In this document: positions 32,855 to 41,446 of the stretch, piece by piece
Layout of the letters: each line of letters starts with the position of its first letter
Numbering within the stretch: position 1 is the first letter of the stretch
NCBI GenBank assembly: GCA_963803435.1
Contig: CAWDML010000001.1
Coordinates: forward strand, 2,688,001 to 2,752,000
Reading direction: 5' to 3'
DNA: 64,000 nucleotides
From: an uncultured delta proteobacterium
GTDB taxonomy: Bacteria > Myxococcota > Kuafuiibacteriia > Kuafuiibacteriales > Kuafuiibacteriaceae
The notes under the pieces: generated by a model
Told to the model about the DNA's origin: nothing
The model's input: the letters and a program-made list of their open reading frames with translations, nothing else
Databases searched by the model: none
Program-made: the position numbers and the translations under genes

Positions 32855-34533
32855 ATCCAGGCGATCTCGTCAGCGGACGATACCGGATCGTCGAGCGTCT
32901 CGGGACCGGCGGCATGGGCACGGTCTACCGCGTCGAGCAGACGATGATGCACACGTCGATGGCCATGAAGGTGCTCCGCCCCGAGCTCTCGAACACGGAG
33001 GAGATGGAGAAGCGCTTCGAGCGCGAGGCCCGCGCCTCGGCGCGGCTCGACAGCCCGCACATCGTCCGCGCGAACGACTTCGGCCGCGCCGAGGACGGCA
33101 CGCTCTTCCTGGTGATGGAGCTGATCGAGGGCGAGACACTCATGCGGCGGATCGCGCGGAAGAAGCTCGACGTCGAGGAGGCGCTCGAGATCACCGCGCA
33201 GATCCTGGACGGCCTCGCCCACGCGCACGCCCACGACGTCATCCACCGGGATCTCAAGCCGGGCAACATCATGCTGGTCGGGGCGGATCCGCCGGTGGTG
33301 AAGATCCTCGACTTCGGGCTGGCCAAGCTGCTCGCCGGCGACGACTCGCGCCTCACCCAGGTGGGCATGGTCTACGGCACCGCCCGCTACATGTCGCCGG
33401 AGCAGGCCAGCGCCGGCGAGATCGATCACCGCAGCGATCTCTATTCGGTGGGCGTGATCCTGTACCTTCTCTTGACCGGCCACCCGCCGTTCGAAGGCAG
33501 CGAGAGCGAGATCCTGCGGGCCCACCTCGGCCAACCCCCGCCGCCGCTCGGGCTCTCGATCGGGGATACGGAGCGAGAAGCGGCGATCGAGAGGCTCGTC
33601 CGCAAGGCGCTGGCGAAGGCCCCTGAGGCCCGGTTTCAGGACGCCACCGAGCTCCGCGCGGCGGTCCTCGGGGCCCGCTCGGGCAAAGCCCGAGACACCC
33701 GTCTTCGCTCGCTGCCCTCGCTGCGCGCTTCGCTTGCCAGAGTCCTCGGGGCCCGCTCGGGCAAAGCCCGAGACACCCGTCTTCGCTCGCTACCCTCGCT
33801 GCGCGCTTCGCTTGCCAGAGTCCTCGGGGCCCGCTCGGGCAAAGCCCGAGACACCCGTCTTCGCTCGCTGCCCTCGCTGCGCGCTTCGCTTGCCAGAGTC
33901 CTCGGGGGCCGCGGTCGGCTGCTGGTGGCAGGCGGCCTGGCGGTGGTGATCGCGTTGGGGGTGCGGTGGGGGTTCGTCGCCTGGTCGAACGGCCGGGTGG
34001 TGGCGAGCCGCGTGGCCGAGGGGCACGGCGCGTTCGAGCGGCGGGACTATGCCGGGGCCGCGTCGGCGTTCGCGGACGCGCTTCGAGCGGATCGAGACGC
34101 CATCGAGGACCCGGTGCTGGCGGGGGACGCGCGCCGCTTGCTGGACGCGGATCGGCGGGAGGGCCAGCGGCTGCTCGACCTCATCGCGCGCACCTGCGAC
34201 GACGACGCCGCGCCTTTCCTGGCGGGCGTGGTGGAGACGGCCGAGCCGCAAGCCGCACGCACCGCGTTTCAGGCGCTCCAGGACCTGGGTGAGCTCGACC
34301 GCGTCGACGCCGTCGGCGCGCTCCTCGACGGCCTCGAGCACACGCGCGCCTCGGACTGCGAGACCCGCCGCTGGTACGTGCTCCATCTGGGTGAGCTCCG
34401 CGACGATCGACGGATCCTCCCGGCGCTCCAGAAGGAGCAGCAGAAGAAGGCCGGCTTCCTGATCTTCAAGACGGACGCCAACCGCTGCATGAAGCCGGAG
34501 CTGGATCGGCTCATCGAGGACTTGCAGGACTAA
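32851..34533 (+). CDS. Membrane Ser/Thr protein kinase with 3 x 26-aa repeat insertion
   Basis: LGTGGMGTVY, AMK, HRDLKPGN, DFG, GTARYMSPE; TM LLVAGGLAVVIALGV; GTGA overlap with the NRPS stop. Confidence 0.92.
   Translation: MNPGDLVSGRYRIVERLGTGGMGTVYRVEQTMMHTSMAMKVLRPELSNTEEMEKRFEREARASARLDSPHIVRANDFGRAEDGTLFLVMELIEGETLMRRIARKKLDVEEALEITAQILDGLAHAHAHDVIHRDLKPGNIMLVGADPPVVKILDFGLAKLLAGDDSRLTQVGMVYGTARYMSPEQASAGEIDHRSDLYSVGVILYLLLTGHPPFEGSESEILRAHLGQPPPPLGLSIGDTEREAAIERLVRKALAKAPEARFQDATELRAAVLGARSGKARDTRLRSLPSLRASLARVLGARSGKARDTRLRSLPSLRASLARVLGARSGKARDTRLRSLPSLRASLARVLGGRGRLLVAGGLAVVIALGVRWGFVAWSNGRVVASRVAEGHGAFERRDYAGAASAFADALRADRDAIEDPVLAGDARRLLDADRREGQRLLDLIARTCDDDAAPFLAGVVETAEPQAARTAFQALQDLGELDRVDAVGALLDGLEHTRASDCETRRWYVLHLGELRDDRRILPALQKEQQKKAGFLIFKTDANRCMKPELDRLIEDLQD
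33664..33907 (+). repeat. Tandem repeat, 3 x 78 nt plus a 10-nt partial copy
   Basis: Units start at 33664, 33742, 33820, partial at 33898. One synonymous difference (CTA for CTG) in copy 2. Each unit has the hairpin CTCGGGC-AAA-GCCCGAG. Confidence 0.97.
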
Positions 34534-34694
34534 CTAGAGACGACGACCACGCCGACGATGACGATCACGTGCGAGACTCGCGATCCAACCGTTGCAGATC
34601 GTGACTCGAGCCGAGCACATCTAGGAGCGTGTAGCGCGTAGCGCTACCGCGAGCCCGGTCCGGGTCCCGGTCCCGGTCCCGGTCCCGATGGCGA

Positions 34695-35063
34695 TCATGC
34701 AGCCCGGCGTGCGTTCATCGACTTGATGAGGCGCGTGAGCATCTCGACAACGCGCTTGAGCTTGGCTCTGGCGGCTTGGACCTTCTGCTCGTTGGCGAGT
34801 CGGCGCCTCAAGCAGGTGTGGAGTGAGGCGGCGCTTTCGGTGCCAGAGCGAAGTGCCATCCGGTAGAAGCGAGCCTTCTCAGGTGAATTGAACTCTCCGG
34901 CGCCCTCGGCGGTGTTGTTCACGATGGAATCGGATGCCCGCCGAAGCTGATCGCGGACGTGAGCGTGACCGGGTTGCAGTTCTTGTGCGATCTCTTCAGC
35001 GATGTCGGCCTACTCGACGGCGAGCTGGTAGACCTCGAGCTTCTCGTGATCGAAAGTGACCAT
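34695..35063 (-). pseudogene. Four-helix-bundle protein (23S rRNA IVP / TIGR02436-like), in-frame TAG at 35010-35012
   Basis: MVTFDHEKLEVYQLAVE*ADI...DQLRRASDSIVNNTAEGAG...RFYRMALRSGTE...VEMLTRL. Confidence 0.85.
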
Positions 35064-35074
35064 GCAAGCTAGCT

Positions 35075-35596
35075 TGCGGTAGCTTTGCCAGAAAGCAGGT
35101 TTGGTGCGGCTCGGACACGTCGCACTCGATGGCTCGAAGGTGCAGGCGAACGCGAGCAAGCACAAGGCGATGACCTACGAGCGGATGGCCGAGGAGGAGA
35201 AGCGGCTGTCTCTCGAGATCGAAGAACTGCTGGAGCGAGCGCGCACGATCGACCAAGAGGAAGACGAGCGGCTGGGCGTTGAAGAGACTGAAGAGGACAT
35301 CCCAGCGGAGCTCGCTCGCCGTGAATCCCGCCTTGCCCGCATTCGAGAAGCGAAGGCTGCGCTGGAACAGGATGCCGCCACGAGACAAGTTGCAAACGCG
35401 CGACGGCAAGGCGGTCTACGCCCGCAGGAAGAGTATCGTCGAACCGGCGCTCGGACAGATCAAAGCGGCACGAGGATTCCGCCGGTTCTCGCTACGCTCC
35501 TTCTTCAAGGTACGAGCCGAGTGGACGCTCGTCTGCCTCACCCATAACCTGCTCAAGCTCTACCGATCGAAGCTCGCGACCGTCGCGAGCGTCTGA
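35075..35596 (+). pseudogene. IS1182-family transposase remnant (internally deleted)
   Basis: VALDGSKVQANASKHKAM joined across a frame change to YARRKSIVEPALGQIK..RGFRRFSLR..KVRAEWTLVCLTHNLLKL; N-terminus and middle missing. Confidence 0.85.
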
Positions 35597-35681
35597 CTCA
35601 AGGCAGCCATCTTCAGATCGGGACCCGGACCGGGACCGGGACCCGGACCGGGGTCGGTGAGCGCTTACGCGCTACACGCTC

Positions 35682-36822
35682 CTAATCGCCCTTGCGCCGG
35701 AGCGCGCCGATCACGTGCCGTCCCGGAGGCATCAACGGCAGCATGATCCGGAAGCACGTCCCGCGCTCGGGCGTCCGCTCGATCGCAAATCGGCCTCTGT
35801 GCTCGGTGACCACCCGCTTCACGAGCATTAGCCCCAGCCCCGGCGCGCCGGTCTTCGTGGAGACGAACGGCACGAACATCCGCTCGCGGACGTCGCCCTC
35901 GATGCCACTACCCTCGTCCGTGATCTCGATGGAGACGTGACCGTCGCCCGGGAAGGCCGACACGGTGATGTGGCCGCCGCCGACCTCGTCGACGGCGTCG
36001 AGCGCGTTGTTGAGCACCTCGACCAGCGCCTGCTCCACGTCGCGGGAGCGATGACCGATCGGCGGGAGGTCGGCGATCTGGAGCAGCGGCTCGCCGTCCT
36101 CCGCGAATCGGTGCCGAACGCGGGCCACCGCGCGCTGGATCGTCACCGTGAGGTCGCCCTCGGAGGTGGACGACGGTCCCGCGTCGCTGTGGAGCGCCAG
36201 GCCGGCGCGGATCGAGCGCACTTGCTCGAGCACGCCGGCCACCTGCTCTCGCAGTTCGTCGACCGAGCAGCTCCGATCGAACGCCACCAGCGTATCGACG
36301 AGCACCATCTCGGCTCCTTCCAGAATCTCGTGAGTGCCGCGCCCCGACCTTCGCGACCAGCGCCAGCTTCTCCGAGCGCGCGCGGTCCTCCAGCTTCTTC
36401 CGGAGGTCGCGGTCCGCGACCAGCTGATCGTCCTGGCGCCTCTTGTCCTTGAGCCGGCTGCGGATCGCCGCGCGCATGAGATCGGCGTCCCAGGGCTTGA
36501 GCACGAACTGGTCGACGATACCCTGGTTGATCGCCTTGAGGGCGACCTCGAGCTCGGGGTGTGCCGTCAACAGGAACAGCACGGCGTCGGGACAGACCTC
36601 GCGCATCCGGGCCAGGAGCTGGAGGCCCGTCATCTCGGGCATCCGCTGGTCTGCGACGATCAGGTCGAACGGATCGCTCATCGCCCAGACGACGGCCTCG
36701 CTCGGAGAGACCGTAGTGACGATCGCGATCTCCTCGTCCTCGTGGAACACACGCTCAGCCAGCTTGAGCGCCAGCCGGTCGTCGTCTACGAAGAGCACCC
36801 GGTATTGTGACTGGCCCCCCAC
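35682..36822 (-). CDS. REC-histidine kinase; frameshift at the GGGG run near 36343
   Basis: VLFVDD, DQRMPEMTG, KPW; then THEILEG (atypical H-box), VLNNALDA, DEGSG, FVSTK, GLGL. Confidence 0.8.
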
Positions 36823-36852
36823 CGGAGCAATGCTACTTGCGTCGAGGTCCCC

Positions 36853-39399
36853 GTGGCAAAGATCGTGTCGGAGTGGATCGCAGCGGTCAGGCGCTTCGGC
36901 GCGGACCGGGACGATCCGCGCATCAGGGAGGAGCAGAGCCGGACGCTGCTGTATCGCGGCCAGGCCGCGTGCTGGGTGGCGGCCGCGGTCATGCCGTTCA
37001 CCATCCTCCTCTTCGACGCCTTCTTTGCATTCGAACGGCTCGCCGACAGCGTCCTGATCGCCGCCCTCGCCACCACCGGTGCAATCGCGATGGCCTGGGC
37101 GGTCCGCGCACATCTCTTCGACCGCCGGCCGGCGATGCCCTTTGTCATCCTGGTGGGGGTCATCTGCAACGCCACCGAGGCCGCGCAGCTGGCGATCACG
37201 GGGGGGCCGATCCAGAGCAACTTCTTCTTCCCCTATTTCCTGCTGTTCTTCGGCATCGCCACGTTCTTTCCGGCGCGGATCGTCCACGTGGTGCTCACGT
37301 GTCTCCTGCTTCCCTTCGGGTACGCGGTCCTAGGCTGGTGGATGGACGTCGCCGGCTCCAACCGCTTTCTCTCGAGCGTGATCCTGCTGGTCGACTACGC
37401 GGTCATCGCGATCATCGCGAATCGCATCGTCACCTCGATCTTCATCGGTGAGCTCGTGCTCCGCATCGACCTCGAGAACGCCAACCGCCGGCTGCGCGAG
37501 GTCGACCGGCTCAAGAGCGAGTTCTTCGCCAACGTCAGCCACGAGCTCCGCACTCCGCTCACGCTGATCCTCGCGCCCACGAGCTCGCTCCTCGAGGAGA
37601 CACCGGGCGCGCTGACGGGGGATCAGCGCGTGTTGATCGAGGAGGTCCGGCGGAACGCTGCGCGGCTCCTCATTCTGATCAACGATCTCCTGCTGCTGGC
37701 CCGGCTCGACAGCGGCCAGGTCCAGCCGACCACGTCATCGGTCGATCTCTCGCTGCTGGTCCGCACCACCGCCGAGTCGATGCGTCCGCACGCGGAATCG
37801 CTCGGCCTCACGATTGGGATCGACGTCGTCGAAGGCGCGACCTGGCACGGCGATCCCCGCCACATCGACCGCATGCTCCTCAACCTGATCTCCAACGCGT
37901 GCAAGTTCTCGGAGAGCGGCAAGAACATCTCGGTCTCGCTGATGGTCGGCGACGACGACTTCTTGCTCTCGGTGAAGGACGAAGGGATCGGGATCTCCAC
38001 CGCCGATGTCGCCCGCCTGTTCGCCCGCTTCGTCCAGGTCGACTCGGGGCCCAACCGGCGATTCGAAGGGACCGGTATCGGCCTGGCGATCACCAAGGAG
38101 CTCGCCGAGATGTACGGCGGTCGAGTTCAGGTCGACAGCAAGCTCGGCGAAGGCTCCACGTTCCGGGTGAGCCTGCCCCGCTATGAGCCCTCCGGCGACC
38201 TCGAGGGCTGGGGGGAGCCCACGGGATCGGTCGACATCACCGGGATCGCGTTCGAGCCGGTCGAGACCTCCGACGAGCAGGAGGCGCCCGCGAATCTGTC
38301 GCAGGGCGAGCTCCCGAGCGTCGTCGTCGTCGAGGACAACGCCGACCTTCGCGCCTATCTCCGACAGGAGCTCGGACGCTGGTACCGAGTGATCGCGATG
38401 GGCGACAGCCTCGAGTCGCTCGAGCACATCCGGACCGCGGGGGCGGATCTGGTGATCTCCGACGTGATGATGCCGGTGATGGACGGGCTCCAGCTGACGC
38501 AGCGCCTCAAGAGCGGCGCCAACACCGGCGAGATCCCGATCCTGCTCCTCTCCGCCCGCGAGGATCTGGAGACCAAGGTCCGCGGATTCGAGGTCGGCGC
38601 CGACGACTACGTCTCCAAACCCTTCCAGATCGCCGAGCTCCGTGCGCGCATCAATCTCCACCTGCGCCTCCGGGATCAGACGCGGCAGCTCAAGGAGGCG
38701 CAGGCCGCCATGATGCGTCAGGAGAAGATGGCGCTCCTGGGAACCGTCGTCGCAGGAGTCGCGCATGAGACCAACAATCCGCTCCATTTCCTGCAAGGCA
38801 ACCTGCGCGTGCTGACGGAGCGTCTGCGCCGACTGGTCCCGGAGGCGGCCTCGGGCGAGATCAAGGAGATCATCGCCGACATGGAGGAGAGCCTGAACCG
38901 CATTGTCGTCGTCACCCGCCAGCTCCTCACCTTCGGCCGTCAGGAGAGCAGCGCGGAGACGAGCGAGGTCAGCATCACCGAGGTCGTCGAGCTGGTCCTC
39001 AAGATGGCGAAGGCCAAGGCGGCTCCTCACGTGCACCTGATGCATGATCTCGCCGGGACTGAGAAGGTCCGTGCGGGCCCACAGGAGCTCTTTCAGATCC
39101 TCTTGAACCTCGTTCAGAACGCAGCCCAGGCGCTCGACAATCGACCGGGCGAGGTACGCGTGAGAGCGGTTGAGTCAGACGGTGTCGTAGAGATTCGAGT
39201 GGAGGACGACGGAGTCGGCATTCCGCAGGAGAACTTGCGACACGTGTTCGAACCCTTCTTCAGCACCAAACCTGCAGGTACCGGCACTGGGCTCGGGCTC
39301 GCGATCGTTCGACAGCTCGTCGAAGGACAGAAGGGACACATCTCGCTCGAGAGCGAGGTCGGTCACGGGACCACGGTGTGCGTCCGCCTCCCGCGTTGA
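36853..39399 (+). CDS. Multi-TM hybrid histidine kinase HK-REC-HK
   Basis: About 5-6 TM helices, NVSHELRTPL, HATPase, REC (VVEDN, DVMMP, KPF), second H-box VAHETNNPL with its own HATPase. Confidence 0.93.
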   Translation: MAKIVSEWIAAVRRFGADRDDPRIREEQSRTLLYRGQAACWVAAAVMPFTILLFDAFFAFERLADSVLIAALATTGAIAMAWAVRAHLFDRRPAMPFVILVGVICNATEAAQLAITGGPIQSNFFFPYFLLFFGIATFFPARIVHVVLTCLLLPFGYAVLGWWMDVAGSNRFLSSVILLVDYAVIAIIANRIVTSIFIGELVLRIDLENANRRLREVDRLKSEFFANVSHELRTPLTLILAPTSSLLEETPGALTGDQRVLIEEVRRNAARLLILINDLLLLARLDSGQVQPTTSSVDLSLLVRTTAESMRPHAESLGLTIGIDVVEGATWHGDPRHIDRMLLNLISNACKFSESGKNISVSLMVGDDDFLLSVKDEGIGISTADVARLFARFVQVDSGPNRRFEGTGIGLAITKELAEMYGGRVQVDSKLGEGSTFRVSLPRYEPSGDLEGWGEPTGSVDITGIAFEPVETSDEQEAPANLSQGELPSVVVVEDNADLRAYLRQELGRWYRVIAMGDSLESLEHIRTAGADLVISDVMMPVMDGLQLTQRLKSGANTGEIPILLLSAREDLETKVRGFEVGADDYVSKPFQIAELRARINLHLRLRDQTRQLKEAQAAMMRQEKMALLGTVVAGVAHETNNPLHFLQGNLRVLTERLRRLVPEAASGEIKEIIADMEESLNRIVVVTRQLLTFGRQESSAETSEVSITEVVELVLKMAKAKAAPHVHLMHDLAGTEKVRAGPQELFQILLNLVQNAAQALDNRPGEVRVRAVESDGVVEIRVEDDGVGIPQENLRHVFEPFFSTKPAGTGTGLGLAIVRQLVEGQKGHISLESEVGHGTTVCVRLPR

Positions 39400-39442
39400 C
39401 AGCCGGGCGATAGGGGCAGACCTTCAAACATCGCAAGGAAAC

Positions 39443-41167
39443 TTGCTGATGACGAATGCGCTGCGTCGCCTCGCAGAGCTCTGCGACTCCTCTCCCGAAA
39501 GGACGGCCGTTCGACTGATCGAGCCGCGCGGTCGTGGAGTGTTTCGAGATGCGACGGTGAGCGTCTCGAGCTGGGCCTGCGGCGCCGCCGCTTGCGCGTC
39601 TGCGCTCACCGAGCGCGGCGTCACCTCCGGGGATCGGGTCCTCGTCGCGCTGCCCACCTCGGAGGCGTTCCTCCACGCGTTCTGGGGCATCTCTTCGCTC
39701 GGCGCCATCCCTGTTCCGCTGCCATCGAGCACCGGTTGGTTGCGCTCCACGGCGCTCCAGCGCCGGATCGCGAACATCGTCGCCGATGCCTCGCCGCGTG
39801 CGGCGGTCGCCGACGCTGGAACCGCGCGCTCGATGCCCGGCATCGAGGTCGTGACACCGCCGTTCGCGACCTCGGCGATGAAGCTCGAGGTACCCGACCT
39901 CGACGATTCGGCGCCCGCGCTCATCCAGTACACGTCCGGGAGCACGGGACGGCCGCGAGGTGTGGTGGTCACCCACGCCAACCTGCGCGCCAACGTGGAG
40001 AGCGCGGCCCACGTGACCCGCATCGACGCGGACGACCGCGTGCTGTCCTGGTTGCCGCTCTATCACGACATGGGGCTGGTCGGAGGCCTGATCATACCCA
40101 TGTGGTCGGGCGCTGCGGCGCACCTGATGTCGCCGATGCACTTCCTCTTGTCGCCGCCGTCGTGGCTCCACGCGATCTCGAGCTACCGCGCGACCGTCAC
40201 CATCGCCCCCAACTTCGCGTACAACCTCCTCGCCCGGAAGATCAGAGAGGACGAGCTGGAGGGGATCGACCTCTCCTCCCTGAGGCTCGCGCTCAACGGC
40301 GCCGAGCCCGTCGATCACGAGACAATCGAACGCTTCACGGCGCGCTTCGAGAAGTATGGGTTCCCGCGCACCAGCTTCTACCCCGTCTACGGACTCGCCG
40401 AGTCGACGCTGGCCGCCGCCTTTCCGCCCTGCGGCCGCGAGCCCCTGATCGACCGCGTCGAGCGCGACAGCCTCGCCGTGGGTGAGCCCGTCGTGCCCAG
40501 CCGATCGGCGGGCGCCGCCGCCTTCGTCTCCGTGGGAGGCGCGCTCCCCGGACACGCAATCGTGATCCGCGACCCCGCCACCGGCCGGGACCTGCCCGAG
40601 CGCCACCTGGGCGAGATCCAGCTCAGGGGTCCCAGTGTGACGCCCTACTATTTCCAGTCCGGTGAGCCGCACCCCGATCGGCGGGCGCTACTTCGCACCG
40701 GCGACCTCGGCTACGTCGTGGGCCCGGAGCTGTTCGTCGTGGACCGGATGAAAGATCTCATCATCATCGCCGGCAGGAGCTACGTGCCGAGTGACCTGGA
40801 GCGGATCGTCGAGACGGTGCCGGGGGTACGAACGGGGCGCAGCGTCGCCTTCGGCGTCTGGGATCCGGAGCTCGGCACCGAACAGTTGATCGTGGTGGCG
40901 GAGGTCAAGCCGGCGCTGTTCCTTCGCACCGCCCGCATCGAGCGCCAGGTCTCCGAGGTTCTCGAGCGCGAAGTCGGCCTCTCCCCCTCTGAGGTGGTCC
41001 TCGCGCGACCCCAGAGTATCGAGACCACTTCGAGCGGAAAGCTGATCCGCGCGAGCGCCCGCGAAACCTTCACCCGGAGCGGATTCCAGAAGCCGTACAG
41101 CCTGCTCCATCCGCTCTGGATCCGCTCGCGGCTCGTTCGCTGGTGGCCGCGCCCTTTGAGCACCTAG
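39443..41167 (+). CDS. Fatty acyl-AMP ligase (FAAL)
   Basis: QYTSGSTGRPRG, WLPLYHDMGL, PNFAY, YGLAESTL followed by a FAAL-type insertion (LIDRVERDSLAVG), TGDLG, TSSGK. Confidence 0.9.
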   Translation: MLMTNALRRLAELCDSSPERTAVRLIEPRGRGVFRDATVSVSSWACGAAACASALTERGVTSGDRVLVALPTSEAFLHAFWGISSLGAIPVPLPSSTGWLRSTALQRRIANIVADASPRAAVADAGTARSMPGIEVVTPPFATSAMKLEVPDLDDSAPALIQYTSGSTGRPRGVVVTHANLRANVESAAHVTRIDADDRVLSWLPLYHDMGLVGGLIIPMWSGAAAHLMSPMHFLLSPPSWLHAISSYRATVTIAPNFAYNLLARKIREDELEGIDLSSLRLALNGAEPVDHETIERFTARFEKYGFPRTSFYPVYGLAESTLAAAFPPCGREPLIDRVERDSLAVGEPVVPSRSAGAAAFVSVGGALPGHAIVIRDPATGRDLPERHLGEIQLRGPSVTPYYFQSGEPHPDRRALLRTGDLGYVVGPELFVVDRMKDLIIIAGRSYVPSDLERIVETVPGVRTGRSVAFGVWDPELGTEQLIVVAEVKPALFLRTARIERQVSEVLEREVGLSPSEVVLARPQSIETTSSGKLIRASARETFTRSGFQKPYSLLHPLWIRSRLVRWWPRPLST

Positions 41168-41175
41168 GAACGCGC

Positions 41176-41446
41176 GTGGCGGTGGACGAAACGAGACGGC
41201 GCGTCGTGCGGGCAATCGAGTCCTCCTGTGGGATCTCGGCTCGCAAGATCCGGGACGGCGACGGCCTGGTCGTGCGGCTCGGGTACGACTCACTTCGCAT
41301 GGCGACCCTGGCGATCGCGCTCGAGGAGGAGTTCGGACGGCCCCTCCTCTTGGCCGAGTGGATCGCGGGCGCCTCGGAATCCGGAGGATCTCACGGTCGG
41401 ATCCTTGTGCACCTACATCCGAGAGATCATGCAGGATGAAGACTGA
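41176..41446 (+). CDS. Acyl carrier protein; frameshift near 41378
   Basis: LGYDSL (Ppant Ser), ALEEEFG, then LTVGSLCTYI in the next frame. Confidence 0.82.

Larger units (their letters stand above)
34624..35682. mobile_element. Inverted-repeat-bounded cassette 1 (four-helix-bundle gene plus IS1182-like remnant)
   Basis: Left 34624-34689 GGAGCGTGTAGCGCGTAGCGCTACCG..(CCCGGT)n..CCGAT matches the reverse complement of 35617-35682; TA on both flanks. Confidence 0.85.

Noticed and set aside
33664-33907. CRISPR array
   Set aside because: Units are near-identical end to end with no unique spacers, lie in-frame in a kinase, and no cas genes are present.
34539-34570. Degenerate hexamer run (GACGAC GACCAC GCCGAC GATGAC GATCAC)
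   Set aside because: Too short and degenerate to call, and no partner copy was found.
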